Source of the DNA: an uncultured bacterium
GTDB lineage: Bacteria > Pseudomonadota > Alphaproteobacteria > Rs-D84
Direction: 5' to 3'
DNA: 64,000 nt
Assembly (NCBI GenBank): GCA_950096895.1
Contig: CATNBF010000001.1
Coordinates: 20,853 to 84,852 of the forward strand
Part shown: positions 7,431 to 16,719 of the stretch, one piece after another
Position numbering within the stretch: the first letter of the stretch is position 1
How the letters are laid out: every line of letters begins with the position of its first letter
Position numbers and translations under genes: made by a program
The notes under the pieces: model-generated
Told to the model about the DNA's origin: nothing
Database searches by the model: none
Seen by the model: only the letters and a program-made list of their open reading frames with translations

Positions 7431-9322
7431 TATTTTTTTCCTTTGACTGACTGAGAGCGGGTTCCCGATTTCGTCCGTGATGCTTTTTTATGGGATGCCC
7501 CCTGGACGATTTCTTTGATTTCATCACCCGTCAATGTTTCACGTGCCAGCAATTCGTTCGCCAATTTTTCCATTGTTGCCCGATTTTCACGCAGCAGCTT
7601 GGTCGCCGTCTTGTGTGCCGAATCCAGCCAGTGTCGCACCTCTATATCCACCATTTCTGCGGTTTTTTCTGAGGCATTTTCCAACGCCCGACGGCCGACC
7701 ATGATACCTGTTTGGTTCACCGCCGCCAATCCGACATTCGGGGATAGTCCGGCAACTGTTATTGAATACCGCGCCAGACGTGTTGCCGCCGCAATATCAC
7801 TTTCGGCCCCGGTGGTGATTTTATCGGGCCCAAAAAAGACTTCTTCGGCCGCCCGACCCGCCAAAGATACGGCCAGATTTGCCCGCACCTCTGCCAGGGT
7901 CATTGACACCTTGTCATCAATGGGTAAATGTTGCACCATCCCCAACGCCCGCCCACGGGGAACGATCGTCGCCTTGTGTATTGGATCCGTGATATCTGCA
8001 AACATCTGGGATACAAAAGCATGGCCCGCCTCGTGATACGCGGTCAGTTTGATATCTTCGGGACGCATTTTGCGAATTTTACGCGGCCCCATCAAGATTT
8101 TATCCCGTGCTTCTTCAACGTCGGGTGTTTCCACCGCTTTGCGTCCGGCGCGCACGGCGTGCAAGGCAGCTTCGTTCAACAAATTCTCTAGATCTGCCCC
8201 AGAAAATCCAGTTGTTCCCCGCGCCAAATCTTGCAAGTTTACACTTTCATCAACCTTGACCCGTTTAACATATAAATCCAAGATTTCACGACGGCCCGCC
8301 AAATCCGGCAGATCAATGTACACCTGGCGATCAAAGCGGCCGGGGCGCAACAATGCCGGATCCAACATATCGGCCCGGTTGGTTGCCCCAATCACGATGA
8401 TGCCGGTATCGTTTGAAAAACCATCCATCTCGATCAATAATTGATTTAATGTCTGTTCACGATCTTGATCGTTAAAGGAATGCGTGCTGCGTCGTTGGCC
8501 AATGGCATCAATTTCATCAATAAACAAAATACATGGCGCATTACGACGGGCCATTTCAAAGATTTCTTTGATTTTGGCCACCCCCAATCCCACGATAATA
8601 CCGGAAAAATCACTGCCGGATGTGGCAAAGAAAGGCACATTTGCTTCACCTGCAATGGCACGGGCCAGCAAGGTTTTACCCGTCCCCGGATTTCCAGATA
8701 ACAAGACACCACGCGGCACACGGGCCCCAACCGCCTTGAAACGTTCTTTGTTTTTCAAGAAATCGACAACTTCCATCAATTCTTGTTTTTCAGAATTGAT
8801 ACCGGCAACATCCTTGAATGTTGTTTTAGGCTTGCCCGTGGCGATTTTCGTCGGATTCTGGTTCATCAAATTCCGCGACAGCCCCCCGGCCCCACCACGA
8901 ATTCCACGCAAAATCCACCAGATAAACAGCAATCCCATCAAGATTGGAACCCATGTCCCCAGATAATCTGTCCACCACCGCGAATCTTTGATTGTTATCC
9001 GGGCCCCACCATCGGCAATTTTGGTTAACATATCTGGATCATATGTGATTGTGGCGCGATACGGTGTCCCATCATTCATAACACCACGGGCATCTGTCCC
9101 ACGAATATCCATGGTTTTTATGTCACCCGACCGACGCAACACATCGGAAAAAGTCAATTCAATCGGGGCCGCCGTCGGGGCATCACGTCCCGGGATACGC
9201 ATTGTCCCCGTTCCCCCGCCCATTATTGCCGCCCGCAAAATCATCGCCGCAAACAGCACACCAAATATGACCAGATAGAAGAACGATCCGTCACGCTTTG
9301 CAATTTTGTTTTGTTTTTTCAT
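7430..9322 (-). CDS. ftsH: ATP-dependent zinc metalloprotease FtsH
   Basis: Walker A GNPGTGKTLLA and the HEAGH zinc site. The start is placed at MKKQNK behind a GGAAAGGA SD; the track ORF extends to 9367. Confidence 0.95.
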   Translation of the reverse strand: MKKQNKIAKRDGSFFYLVIFGVLFAAMILRAAIMGGGTGTMRIPGRDAPTAAPIELTFSDVLRRSGDIKTMDIRGTDARGVMNDGTPYRATITYDPDMLTKIADGGARITIKDSRWWTDYLGTWVPILMGLLFIWWILRGIRGGAGGLSRNLMNQNPTKIATGKPKTTFKDVAGINSEKQELMEVVDFLKNKERFKAVGARVPRGVLLSGNPGTGKTLLARAIAGEANVPFFATSGSDFSGIIVGLGVAKIKEIFEMARRNAPCILFIDEIDAIGQRRSTHSFNDQDREQTLNQLLIEMDGFSNDTGIIVIGATNRADMLDPALLRPGRFDRQVYIDLPDLAGRREILDLYVKRVKVDESVNLQDLARGTTGFSGADLENLLNEAALHAVRAGRKAVETPDVEEARDKILMGPRKIRKMRPEDIKLTAYHEAGHAFVSQMFADITDPIHKATIVPRGRALGMVQHLPIDDKVSMTLAEVRANLAVSLAGRAAEEVFFGPDKITTGAESDIAAATRLARYSITVAGLSPNVGLAAVNQTGIMVGRRALENASEKTAEMVDIEVRHWLDSAHKTATKLLRENRATMEKLANELLARETLTGDEIKEIVQGASHKKASRTKSGTRSQSVKGKK

Positions 9323-10289
9323 GTCCTTTCCTAGTTTTGAAACTGGTGCGACTGCCTTCGGGGGCAATCAAAATTCGATCCCCCAACCGACGTAACACAC
9401 ATCCCCCCAATGTAAATTTGCAATCACTGTTTAATTGTGTCAACGCACGTTCCAACGCATTTAACCGTGGTTGATACACATTTCCCCCAATGTGTTGCAA
9501 CAGATTACCCAGCAACTTTAATCTAATATCGGCCGCTTCGTCAAATAGAAAAAATGCACTAAAAATTGCGCGTCCATTCTCGATTACACCTGCCATGCGT
9601 GCAGTGATATAGGCATCCAATGCCGCCCGCGTTCGCCCCAGATTGCGGATCGCCAATAAAATACGATCGTCACCAATCCCCAGTTCGTCCCCCAGGCATC
9701 CCCGCCGTCGCCGCATCCGAACCCGGGTAAAGCGTTCATCATCATTCATTTCATCATGCACATAGGCAATATGATTTTCATCGCAATACTTTTGTAACGC
9801 CGCACGCCGTATATCCAGCAACGGCCGCACGATCCGCATGCCATCCCGCATGGATTCTGGGCGCATTGCCGCCAGACCGTAAACCCCACTGCCCCGGGCC
9901 AAATTCATTAAAAAGGTTTCAATTTGGTCATCGGCATGATGGGCCACCATGATTGTCTGGATATCATTGGCACGACAGAATTCACCCATCATACGGTAAC
10001 GGGCCGCACGCGCAGCATCTTCGATTCCACGCGCTGGTTTTTCCCCGGTCCAATGCAAAATATGACATGCGACCCCCATTTTGGCCGCCACATCGGCAAC
10101 GTGCGTCGCGTCGGCCGCGGCCGCGGCCCGCAATCCATGATTTACATGCAACGCAACAATATCCAGACCGGCCGTCTTTGCCATATGTAACAAGGCCATA
10201 GAATCTGGTCCACCACTGACCGCGATGGCAATTTTTTGTCCACGAAACGACTGCATAAAATCTGTAAATTTGTGATTCATGTCGGGCAT
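9291..10289 (-). CDS. tilS: tRNA(Ile)-lysidine synthase
   Basis: PP-loop SGGPDS. The conserved tilS-ftsH adjacency is present. Confidence 0.9.
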   Translation of the reverse strand: MPDMNHKFTDFMQSFRGQKIAIAVSGGPDSMALLHMAKTAGLDIVALHVNHGLRAAAAADATHVADVAAKMGVACHILHWTGEKPARGIEDAARAARYRMMGEFCRANDIQTIMVAHHADDQIETFLMNLARGSGVYGLAAMRPESMRDGMRIVRPLLDIRRAALQKYCDENHIAYVHDEMNDDERFTRVRMRRRRGCLGDELGIGDDRILLAIRNLGRTRAALDAYITARMAGVIENGRAIFSAFFLFDEAADIRLKLLGNLLQHIGGNVYQPRLNALERALTQLNSDCKFTLGGCVLRRLGDRILIAPEGSRTSFKTRKGHEKTKQNCKA

Positions 10290-10327
10290 ATTTTATGTTA
10301 TAATTCGCAAAAATAAAGGAAAATAAT

Positions 10328-10882
10328 ATGTCAGGAAAGTTGAAATCAGTGGCGGTATATTGCGGCCATCAATTTGGTACCAATCCCGCATATGCCTGTG
10401 ACGCGGCAAAAATCGGGGAAATGTTGGCCCAAAATGGTATACGATTGGTTTTTGGCGGGGGCAATGTTGGATTAATGGGCACGGTTGCAAACGCGGCATT
10501 GGCCGGCGGTGGCCATGTGACTGGCATCACCACCCATGACGTTGTCGCAAAACAAGAACCATTGCATGATAATCTGGATTGCTTTGAAATTGTTGATGGT
10601 GTAAATGAACGCAAACAAAAAATGTTTGAACTGTCTGATGGTTTTATCATCTTGCCTGGGGGCACCGGCACATTAAATGAATTAACAGACATCATGACGA
10701 TGCAGCAGATTGGTGAAACATCCAAGCCGCTATTTTTTATGAATACAGAAAATTTCTGGGGGCCATTTGCCCGCTTGTTGGTGCATATGAAACGCACAGG
10801 ATTTTTTGTTCGTCCCCAAGATTATAACATGCATGGGGCAAATACGGTCGAAGAATTAATGGATCTGGTTTTGAATTATTAA
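10328..10882 (+). CDS. LOG family / TIGR00730 Rossmann-fold nucleotide-binding protein
   Basis: Motifs GGGNVGLMG and PGGTGTLNEL. Confidence 0.8.
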   Translation: MSGKLKSVAVYCGHQFGTNPAYACDAAKIGEMLAQNGIRLVFGGGNVGLMGTVANAALAGGGHVTGITTHDVVAKQEPLHDNLDCFEIVDGVNERKQKMFELSDGFIILPGGTGTLNELTDIMTMQQIGETSKPLFFMNTENFWGPFARLLVHMKRTGFFVRPQDYNMHGANTVEELMDLVLNY

Positions 10883-11097
10883 AATTCTATGACCTTGTCC
10901 CGTGTGGTATGGCCACGAATAATGCGAATATGGGATTTTGGCACGTCGAAATGGCGTGCCAACATTTTTATAACCGCGGCATTGGCGTCCCCATCACTGG
11001 GCGCGGCGGTGGTATGAACCCGCACAGAACCATCTGGTTGGGGATCAACCGCGTTTAATTTAGCCCGCGGAATAACACGCACCTTTATTTCCGGCAT
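10879..11097 (-). CDS. DUF167 (YggU-like) small protein
   Basis: 72-aa ORF with a pattern similar to YggU family members. It overlaps the upstream HIT gene by 13 nt. Confidence 0.5.
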   Translation of the reverse strand: MPEIKVRVIPRAKLNAVDPQPDGSVRVHTTAAPSDGDANAAVIKMLARHFDVPKSHIRIIRGHTTRDKVIEF

Positions 11098-11468
11098 ATA
11101 CGATCCATTTCTTTGGCGAATTCTTCACGCCGCGCCCCAGACATCAGATGCAGGTGAAAGTGAAACACCGATTGTTCCACGAATGGGGCATCGGCCCCAG
11201 AATTTGCCAAGACATTAAAATTTTCAGATATACCAATTTTTTCTGCGGTTTCGCGAAAGCATTCCCAGAATCCCATTTGGGCATCGGCCGGGGCATTTTT
11301 TGTAAAATCCAAGATATTTTCATAATCCCCCTTTGGGATAATCAAGGCATGGGTTTCAAACAACGGATTAATATCATAAAAACTTAATGCAAAATCATTT
11401 TCACAGATTTTATTACATGGAATTTCACCACGAATTATGCGGGCAAAAACATTATTTTTATCGTACAT
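11085..11468 (-). CDS. HIT family (histidine triad) protein
   Basis: HFHLHLM triad near the C-terminus. Confidence 0.85.
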   Translation of the reverse strand: MYDKNNVFARIIRGEIPCNKICENDFALSFYDINPLFETHALIIPKGDYENILDFTKNAPADAQMGFWECFRETAEKIGISENFNVLANSGADAPFVEQSVFHFHLHLMSGARREEFAKEMDRICRK

Positions 11469-11600
11469 ATGGACCCTTTCCTTTGGTTATCATATTTACT
11501 TTACAATATAATAACACATTTATAAAATCAAGATACTTGAAAAAATATCCTTTGGCATTACATTGTAATCCATAAAGACCAGGTAAAGGAGTTAATTAAT

Positions 11601-11885
11601 ATGTTCAAACCATTATACAATTACGTTTTGTTAGAAAGAATCGAAGAAGATAACAAAACCGCAGGCGGCATTATTATCCCAGATAACGCGCGGGAAAAAC
11701 CATCACGCGGCCGTGTCATTGCCGTTGGCGATGGGGCAATGGATGGGGCCACACGCATTCCGATGTCGGTCCATGTGGGCGACACGGTTTTATTTGCAAA
11801 ATGGGCATCCAGTGCAAATGACGTCAAACTGGACGGTACAGATTATGTCTTGATCAAAGAATCTGACATTTTGGGAATTTTATAA
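11601..11885 (+). CDS. groES: co-chaperonin GroES
   Basis: Canonical sequence ([26 protein letters not shown]..). AAGGAG SD. Confidence 0.97.
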   Translation: MFKPLYNYVLLERIEEDNKTAGGIIIPDNAREKPSRGRVIAVGDGAMDGATRIPMSVHVGDTVLFAKWASSANDVKLDGTDYVLIKESDILGIL

Positions 11886-11900
11886 GCAAAGGAAATAATT

Positions 11901-13520
11901 ATGGCAAAAGAAATTACATTTGATACAGACAAATTGGCCAGTGGTGTCGACAAATTGGCCAACGCAGTTAAAATCACCATGGGCCCCAAGGGACGCACGG
12001 TCGTTATTGAAAAATCGTATGGTGGCCCGGTTGCAACCAAGGACGGTGTGTCGGTTGCGCGTGAAGTCTCGTTAAAAGACCCCATTGAAAACATTGGTGC
12101 CCGCATGGTTCAAGAAGTGGCAAAGAAAGCCGGGGACAAGGCCGGTGATGGCACCACAACCGCGACTGTTCTGGCCCAGAAATTAATCCGCGAAGGCCGT
12201 CGTGTTATCGCCGCAGGTATGAATCCGATGGATGTCAAACGCGGTATTGATATTGCAGTATCGGCCGTTATGAACGATATTGATGCCCATGCCCGCCCGG
12301 TTAAAAACAGTGCAGAAATCGCCCAGGTTGCAACCATTTCTGCCAATTCTGATCGTGAAATCGGTGAAAAAATTGCCGACGCCATGGAACGTGTTGGCCA
12401 AGAAGGCGTGATCACTGTCGAAGAAGCCAAGGGATTGGATACAGAAATCGATGTGGTCGAAGGAATGCAATTCGATCAAGGCTTTATGTCGCCCTATTTC
12501 GTCACCAACAGTGAAAAAATGTTGGCGGAACTGGACGGGGCCCAGATTTTGGTTTCTGAAAAGAAAATTACAGGATTACAAGCCTTGTTACCCATCTTGG
12601 AACCAATTGCCCAGTCGGGACGCCCCCTGTTGATCATTGCCGAAGACGTTGAATCCGAAGCGTTGGCGACACTGGTTCTGAACCGGTTGCGTGGTGGATT
12701 AAAAGTCTGTGCGGTCAAGGCCCCAGGCTTTGGTGATCGACGCAAAGAAATGTTAAAAGACATTGCCATTGTGACTGGCGCAACGGTGATTTCTGATGAT
12801 ATGGGAATGACCCTGGAAAACATAACACCGGCGGTCTTGGGATCGGCCAAGAAAGTTGTTGTGTCACGCGATTCAACCTTGCTGGCCCAGGGTGCAGGGG
12901 ACAAAGCCGCCATCACTGCACGCGCAGATGAAATCCGCAAGGCGATCGCCGATTCCACCAGCGATTACGATCGTGAAAAATTGTCAGAACGCTTGGCCAA
13001 ATTGGTCGGTGGCGTTGCCGTGATCAAGGTTGGCGGCATGACAGAATTAGAGGTCAAGGAAAAGAAAGACCGTGTGGATGACGCATTGGCCGCAACCCGT
13101 GCCGCGGTCGCCGATGGCATTGTCGCCGGGGGTGGTATCGCATTGGTACGCGCGGTGCGTGCACTGGAAAAATTAACCGGTGAAAATGCGGATCAAAATG
13201 TCGGGATCGATATCGTACGCCGCGCCATCGTTGCCCCATGTGCCCAGATCGCAGAAAACGCCGGCGTATCTGGCGAAATTGTTGTGGGCAAAGTATCCGA
13301 AGCCAAAGATTATAACTTTGGTTATAATGCCCAAACCGGCGAATATGTCGACATGATGAAGGCCGGCATTATCGACCCGGCCAAGGTCGTTAAAACCGCG
13401 ATCCAGGCCGCAGCCAGCACGGCGGGCGTCTTGCTGACCACGGGGGCCGTTATGTCGGAAATTCCCGAAGAAAAACCGGCACAATCCCCTGCGATGGGGG
13501 CAATGCCCGGCATGATGTAA
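11901..13520 (+). CDS. groEL: chaperonin GroEL
   Basis: Canonical sequence, including [12 protein letters not shown] and the C-terminal GGM-like tail (AMGAMPGMM). Confidence 0.98.
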   Translation: MAKEITFDTDKLASGVDKLANAVKITMGPKGRTVVIEKSYGGPVATKDGVSVAREVSLKDPIENIGARMVQEVAKKAGDKAGDGTTTATVLAQKLIREGRRVIAAGMNPMDVKRGIDIAVSAVMNDIDAHARPVKNSAEIAQVATISANSDREIGEKIADAMERVGQEGVITVEEAKGLDTEIDVVEGMQFDQGFMSPYFVTNSEKMLAELDGAQILVSEKKITGLQALLPILEPIAQSGRPLLIIAEDVESEALATLVLNRLRGGLKVCAVKAPGFGDRRKEMLKDIAIVTGATVISDDMGMTLENITPAVLGSAKKVVVSRDSTLLAQGAGDKAAITARADEIRKAIADSTSDYDREKLSERLAKLVGGVAVIKVGGMTELEVKEKKDRVDDALAATRAAVADGIVAGGGIALVRAVRALEKLTGENADQNVGIDIVRRAIVAPCAQIAENAGVSGEIVVGKVSEAKDYNFGYNAQTGEYVDMMKAGIIDPAKVVKTAIQAAASTAGVLLTTGAVMSEIPEEKPAQSPAMGAMPGMM

Positions 13521-13523
13521 TGC

Positions 13524-13555
13524 AAAATCCCGCCATTTGGCGGGATTTCTTTTTA
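13524..13555 (+). terminator. groEL intrinsic terminator
   Basis: aaaatcccgcc-attt-ggcgggatttcttttt. Confidence 0.75.
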
Positions 13556-13620
13556 TGTGTCCCGCCCCAATGGTGCCAAAATCCGGCATTGTGTATTTGC
13601 GAAAAAAGCAAAAAAATCAC

Positions 13621-13649
13621 TTGCGTAAAATCGCGCAAAGGGCTAGAAT
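13621..13649 (+). promoter_or_regulatory. sigma70-type promoter of Cys-rich locus 2 (TTGCGT - 17 nt - TAGAAT)
   Basis: Identical to the block at 165-193. Confidence 0.55.
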
Positions 13650-13690
13650 TCCTGGTATTGCGGGGAATTTAACTATGCCTAATCCAAAAG

Positions 13691-13777
13691 GACGTTTTTC
13701 TGGCATAGTTTTTTGAAAAATAAAATCCCAGATTTCTGCACTTTTTTATCCCCCATGATACGCCTAATCTAAACGTC
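13691..13777. promoter_or_regulatory. decayed copy of the invertible switch, OFF-like orientation
   Basis: The left arm is gacgtttttctggcatagtt, with its core deleted. The right arm is atacgcctaatctaaacgtc. The cassette at 13711-13757 has the same orientation as locus 1, and the leader hairpin is followed by tttttt. Confidence 0.6.
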
Positions 13778-13789
13778 GGTTTTTTATTA

Positions 13790-14726
13790 TTGGCCGGCAT
13801 CATTATGATGACGCCCACCAAAATGGCAAACGCGGACACAGAATGTTATCAATGTCGCATTACCCAGAAATTTTATGGTGGCTGTCCAAAGCCCAGCGAA
13901 ATCAGCAATAATCCCTATTTCACGTATGAAAAATGCATCTGTACCCAAACAACACCACCGACCTGTATGATTATGGATGTTTTTAATGGATGCCCACTGA
14001 AAAATGCGGTTTATTGCCAATGCACCACTGGCCCATGCACCAGCGGCGGTGGTTCAACCGGGGGCGATGGGGGCGATACATGCGAAAAATTACCATGCAG
14101 CGCGTGCGATGCGAACGACGGCACCTGGCGCAGCAACGGCACCGGATATGAAATAAAAAAAGACCGGTGGCACATGCAGTGGCAACACATGTAATTCCAA
14201 TGGAACCTGTTCGGGGGAAACGGTTGAATATCGATGTGCCACCGGATATTGCGGTGAAACAACCGACGGCAAAACCGGATGTACGGCATTTTCTAGATCG
14301 GAACTAAGCACTGGATACTGTTTCTTTCAATTGGCATCTGGCATGCCATGCCCCCCGAATGCGGTGTCTTGTAAAGCCGGGGTCAGTGGATTCATGAAAG
14401 GATCCTGTCCGTCAGGCGTCACGGGTTGCACATGCGAATACACCAAACCGATCGCAAATACAAATACCGTTAACGGATATTCGGTATCATTACCATCATC
14501 CGGACAATGTAAAATCACCAACGGACCCATACAATTATGCGCCGCGGGATATTACGGCAATCCAGACAGCGGCACATGCCAAAAATGCCCGTCACCAGGC
14601 ACATCTGATGTCTTTGGCATCGGCACAGGCACCAATACAACAATTGACAAGTGTTATATTCCCGCCGGGACCCGCGGTTCAGACACCAGTGGAACATTTG
14701 AATACACCGCCCAGTGCGCCTATTGA
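13790..14726 (+). pseudogene. Cys-rich secreted protein, paralog 2, with lost ATG and a frameshift at an A7 tract
   Basis: The family start ATG CCT AAT is ACG CCT AAT here (13760-13768). ORF 13790-14194 and the open frame 14157-14726 overlap and differ by +1 at aaaaaaa (14155-14161). Confidence 0.6.
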
Positions 14727-14791
14727 TCAACAATCAAATCATTCCTATTGCCGATGGTAATCCCATGGTGATAAAATGTCAGTACCCAACC

Positions 14792-14819
14792 AAAAGACAG
14801 CCACACGGCTGTCTTTTTA
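14792..14819 (+). terminator. intrinsic terminator
   Basis: aaaagacagcc-acac-ggctgtcttttt. Confidence 0.7.
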
Positions 14820-14836
14820 CTTTTTGAAAATAAACC

Positions 14837-14864
14837 TTGCAAAAAATCATTCCAGTGCTAGGAT
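14837..14864 (+). promoter_or_regulatory. sigma70-type promoter of Cys-rich locus 3 (TTGCAA - 16 nt - TAGGAT)
   Basis: Occupies the same position as the promoters of loci 1 and 2 within the conserved leader. Confidence 0.5.
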
Positions 14865-14907
14865 TCCTGTGGCGTTACCAGAAAATTTACTATGCCTAAT
14901 CCAAAGG

Positions 14908-14995
14908 GTGGTTTAGATTAGGCATAGTTAGGTCACAAAAAAAGGTGCAGAAAATGGGGATTTTTGGAAAGAGATTTATGCCTAATCTAAACCAC
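14908..14995. promoter_or_regulatory. invertible DNA switch, ON-like orientation (IRL 14908-14926, cassette 14927-14976, IRR 14977-14995)
   Basis: Perfect 19-bp inverted repeat. The cassette is the reverse complement of 257-299. It places AAGGTG (14942-14947), 6 nt and ATG (14954) in frame with the arm-encoded MPNLNH. Confidence 0.8.
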
Positions 14996-16216
14996 GGGTT
15001 TATTCTGGGGATGGCGGTTTTATTGCCATGCGCGGCATTTGGTGCAACATGTGATGGGCAAACCCAAAATAATTGCCCCAGTGGTTGTTATTGGGCGACA
15101 ATCGGGCTACCTAATGCATCGACTTCCTGTAGAGCATGTCCCCATGGTTATGATTACTCTACAAACGGCGCAAGCCAACAAGGGCAATGCTATAAAACTG
15201 CATCGTTTCCCCCATATCAAGCGATAAACTGCTATTATCGCTCAGACACCGATTGTCAAAATATCCCGAAATGCGGGGATACTCAGAACTGCACGCAGTG
15301 TGATTTTGTATGCACTAATGATGCCCATATAGAGCATGATGATGGTAACCAAAACATTCCCTGTAAATGCGCCTTAGATGAACGTGATTGCGCCGATCAA
15401 GATAAATATGGCGGGGCCGACGGAATCGCCAGCTGCACCGAAAAATGGAACGCGGACAACCAAGAATATTTTCTAAATAAATTAACTTGCAAGTCAAACT
15501 ATATCAAACATAATAATCAATGCATCATAAATGAAAAAGATTGTGATTCAATGCCAACACATGCCAAGACTTGTAAAATGATATGGGATTCGGAAAAAAA
15601 CGACTATGTAATGCACTTGACATGTGACAAAAACTATATTGCCATTGATAATAAGTGCAAAAATATTACGGAGACGGATTGTCTGACATATATCCTGGGA
15701 CAGCAGGAGCTAAAATCACTATACCAGGCTTGCACCACCAATCATGGCAATTTTCATATTACCGGAAATTTGACAACGGAATCGGGACAAGCATCCCTGC
15801 GTAATTGTCTTTGTAAAAAAACGGGGGCCACCCAAGTGTCCGGTGGTAAATGTTACCAGGCCTATGCATTAGTGGGATCGACCGGCAATTATACATGGGC
15901 CGATAACACACATTGGGCAGATTGTGTATGCAAGGATTACTTTTGCCCGAACGAAACCCATGGATGTGCAATCCCGGCCGAAAATGAATATTGGGACAAA
16001 GATTCAAGGGAATGCCAAACCTGTCCAATGGGAACCAAAACCAAATTCGGCAATGACACCGATGCCTATGACAGAAATCCAAAACGCACCGCCGGATCCG
16101 CCGCATGTTTCGTAGACCGCACGACCACATTCTGTGATGCATTTGGGTGTTTTAATCTGGAGGATATTTCCGATACCAATCGGTCATATTTGATAGAGAA
16201 TACAAACAACAAATAA
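14954..16216 (+). CDS. Cys-rich secreted protein, paralog 3 (intact)
   Basis: MGIFGKRF-MPNLNHGFILGMAVLLPCAAFG signal peptide, then about 400 aa rich in CxxC and C-x2-CP-x-G motifs. The alternative start is the arm ATG at 14978; the track ORF starts at GTG 14945. Confidence 0.8.
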   Translation: MGIFGKRFMPNLNHGFILGMAVLLPCAAFGATCDGQTQNNCPSGCYWATIGLPNASTSCRACPHGYDYSTNGASQQGQCYKTASFPPYQAINCYYRSDTDCQNIPKCGDTQNCTQCDFVCTNDAHIEHDDGNQNIPCKCALDERDCADQDKYGGADGIASCTEKWNADNQEYFLNKLTCKSNYIKHNNQCIINEKDCDSMPTHAKTCKMIWDSEKNDYVMHLTCDKNYIAIDNKCKNITETDCLTYILGQQELKSLYQACTTNHGNFHITGNLTTESGQASLRNCLCKKTGATQVSGGKCYQAYALVGSTGNYTWADNTHWADCVCKDYFCPNETHGCAIPAENEYWDKDSRECQTCPMGTKTKFGNDTDAYDRNPKRTAGSAACFVDRTTTFCDAFGCFNLEDISDTNRSYLIENTNNK

Positions 16217-16236
16217 AAAAACAAAAGGAGCATATC

Positions 16237-16662
16237 ATGCATATCAACAAAAAAATCCCGTATAAATTGGGTAAAAAATTAACCTTGATGGCCGTTGGCG
16301 GCGCAACATTGTTTGGGGCATGTTCCAAAGAAAACAATGGCACCGATGAAATCTTGCCGAAACACGATATCGAATTGACATTTACCGAAGATAATTTCGA
16401 TCATATCGCATCAGATTCTGTGCGTGCGGCATTGGCACGACCGGATGTCGCCATGGTTTATTTATTGCCCAAAAATTATTTTAGCTTTAACCGCAATGAA
16501 ATTAATATTTTGCGCACGGCCGTTCTGGAACCATTAATCGAATTAGACCCCAGCCGCGTTACCGGTCGCGGGGATTTCTATTTCCGTCATGGTATGGTCA
16601 GCGCGAACGACAGCCTGTGGTACATTAAAAACAATTGGACCATTAACCAAAAGAAACGTTAA
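16237..16662 (+). CDS. lipoprotein, unknown function, probably co-transcribed with paralog 3
   Basis: Lipobox LFGA|C. There is a 20-nt gap after the upstream stop, with AAGGAG in front of the ATG. Confidence 0.6.
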   Translation: MHINKKIPYKLGKKLTLMAVGGATLFGACSKENNGTDEILPKHDIELTFTEDNFDHIASDSVRAALARPDVAMVYLLPKNYFSFNRNEINILRTAVLEPLIELDPSRVTGRGDFYFRHGMVSANDSLWYIKNNWTINQKKR

Positions 16663-16681
16663 CACGTTTCATAACATCCAT

Positions 16682-16719
16682 TTGCCCGCGTGATAGATAT
16701 CATTGTGCGGGCAATTTTT
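16682..16719 (+). terminator. intrinsic terminator
   Basis: ttgcccgc-(17 nt)-gcgggcaattttt. Confidence 0.6.

Noticed and set aside
11469-11600. Heat-shock control elements upstream of groES (CIRCE, or an RpoH promoter)
   Set aside because: I found no TTAGCACTC-N9-GAGTGCTAA inverted repeat. A CTTGAAA box at 11536-11542 resembles an RpoH -35, but the sequence at the expected -10 position (cattacat) matches the consensus poorly, so this is not reported as a feature.
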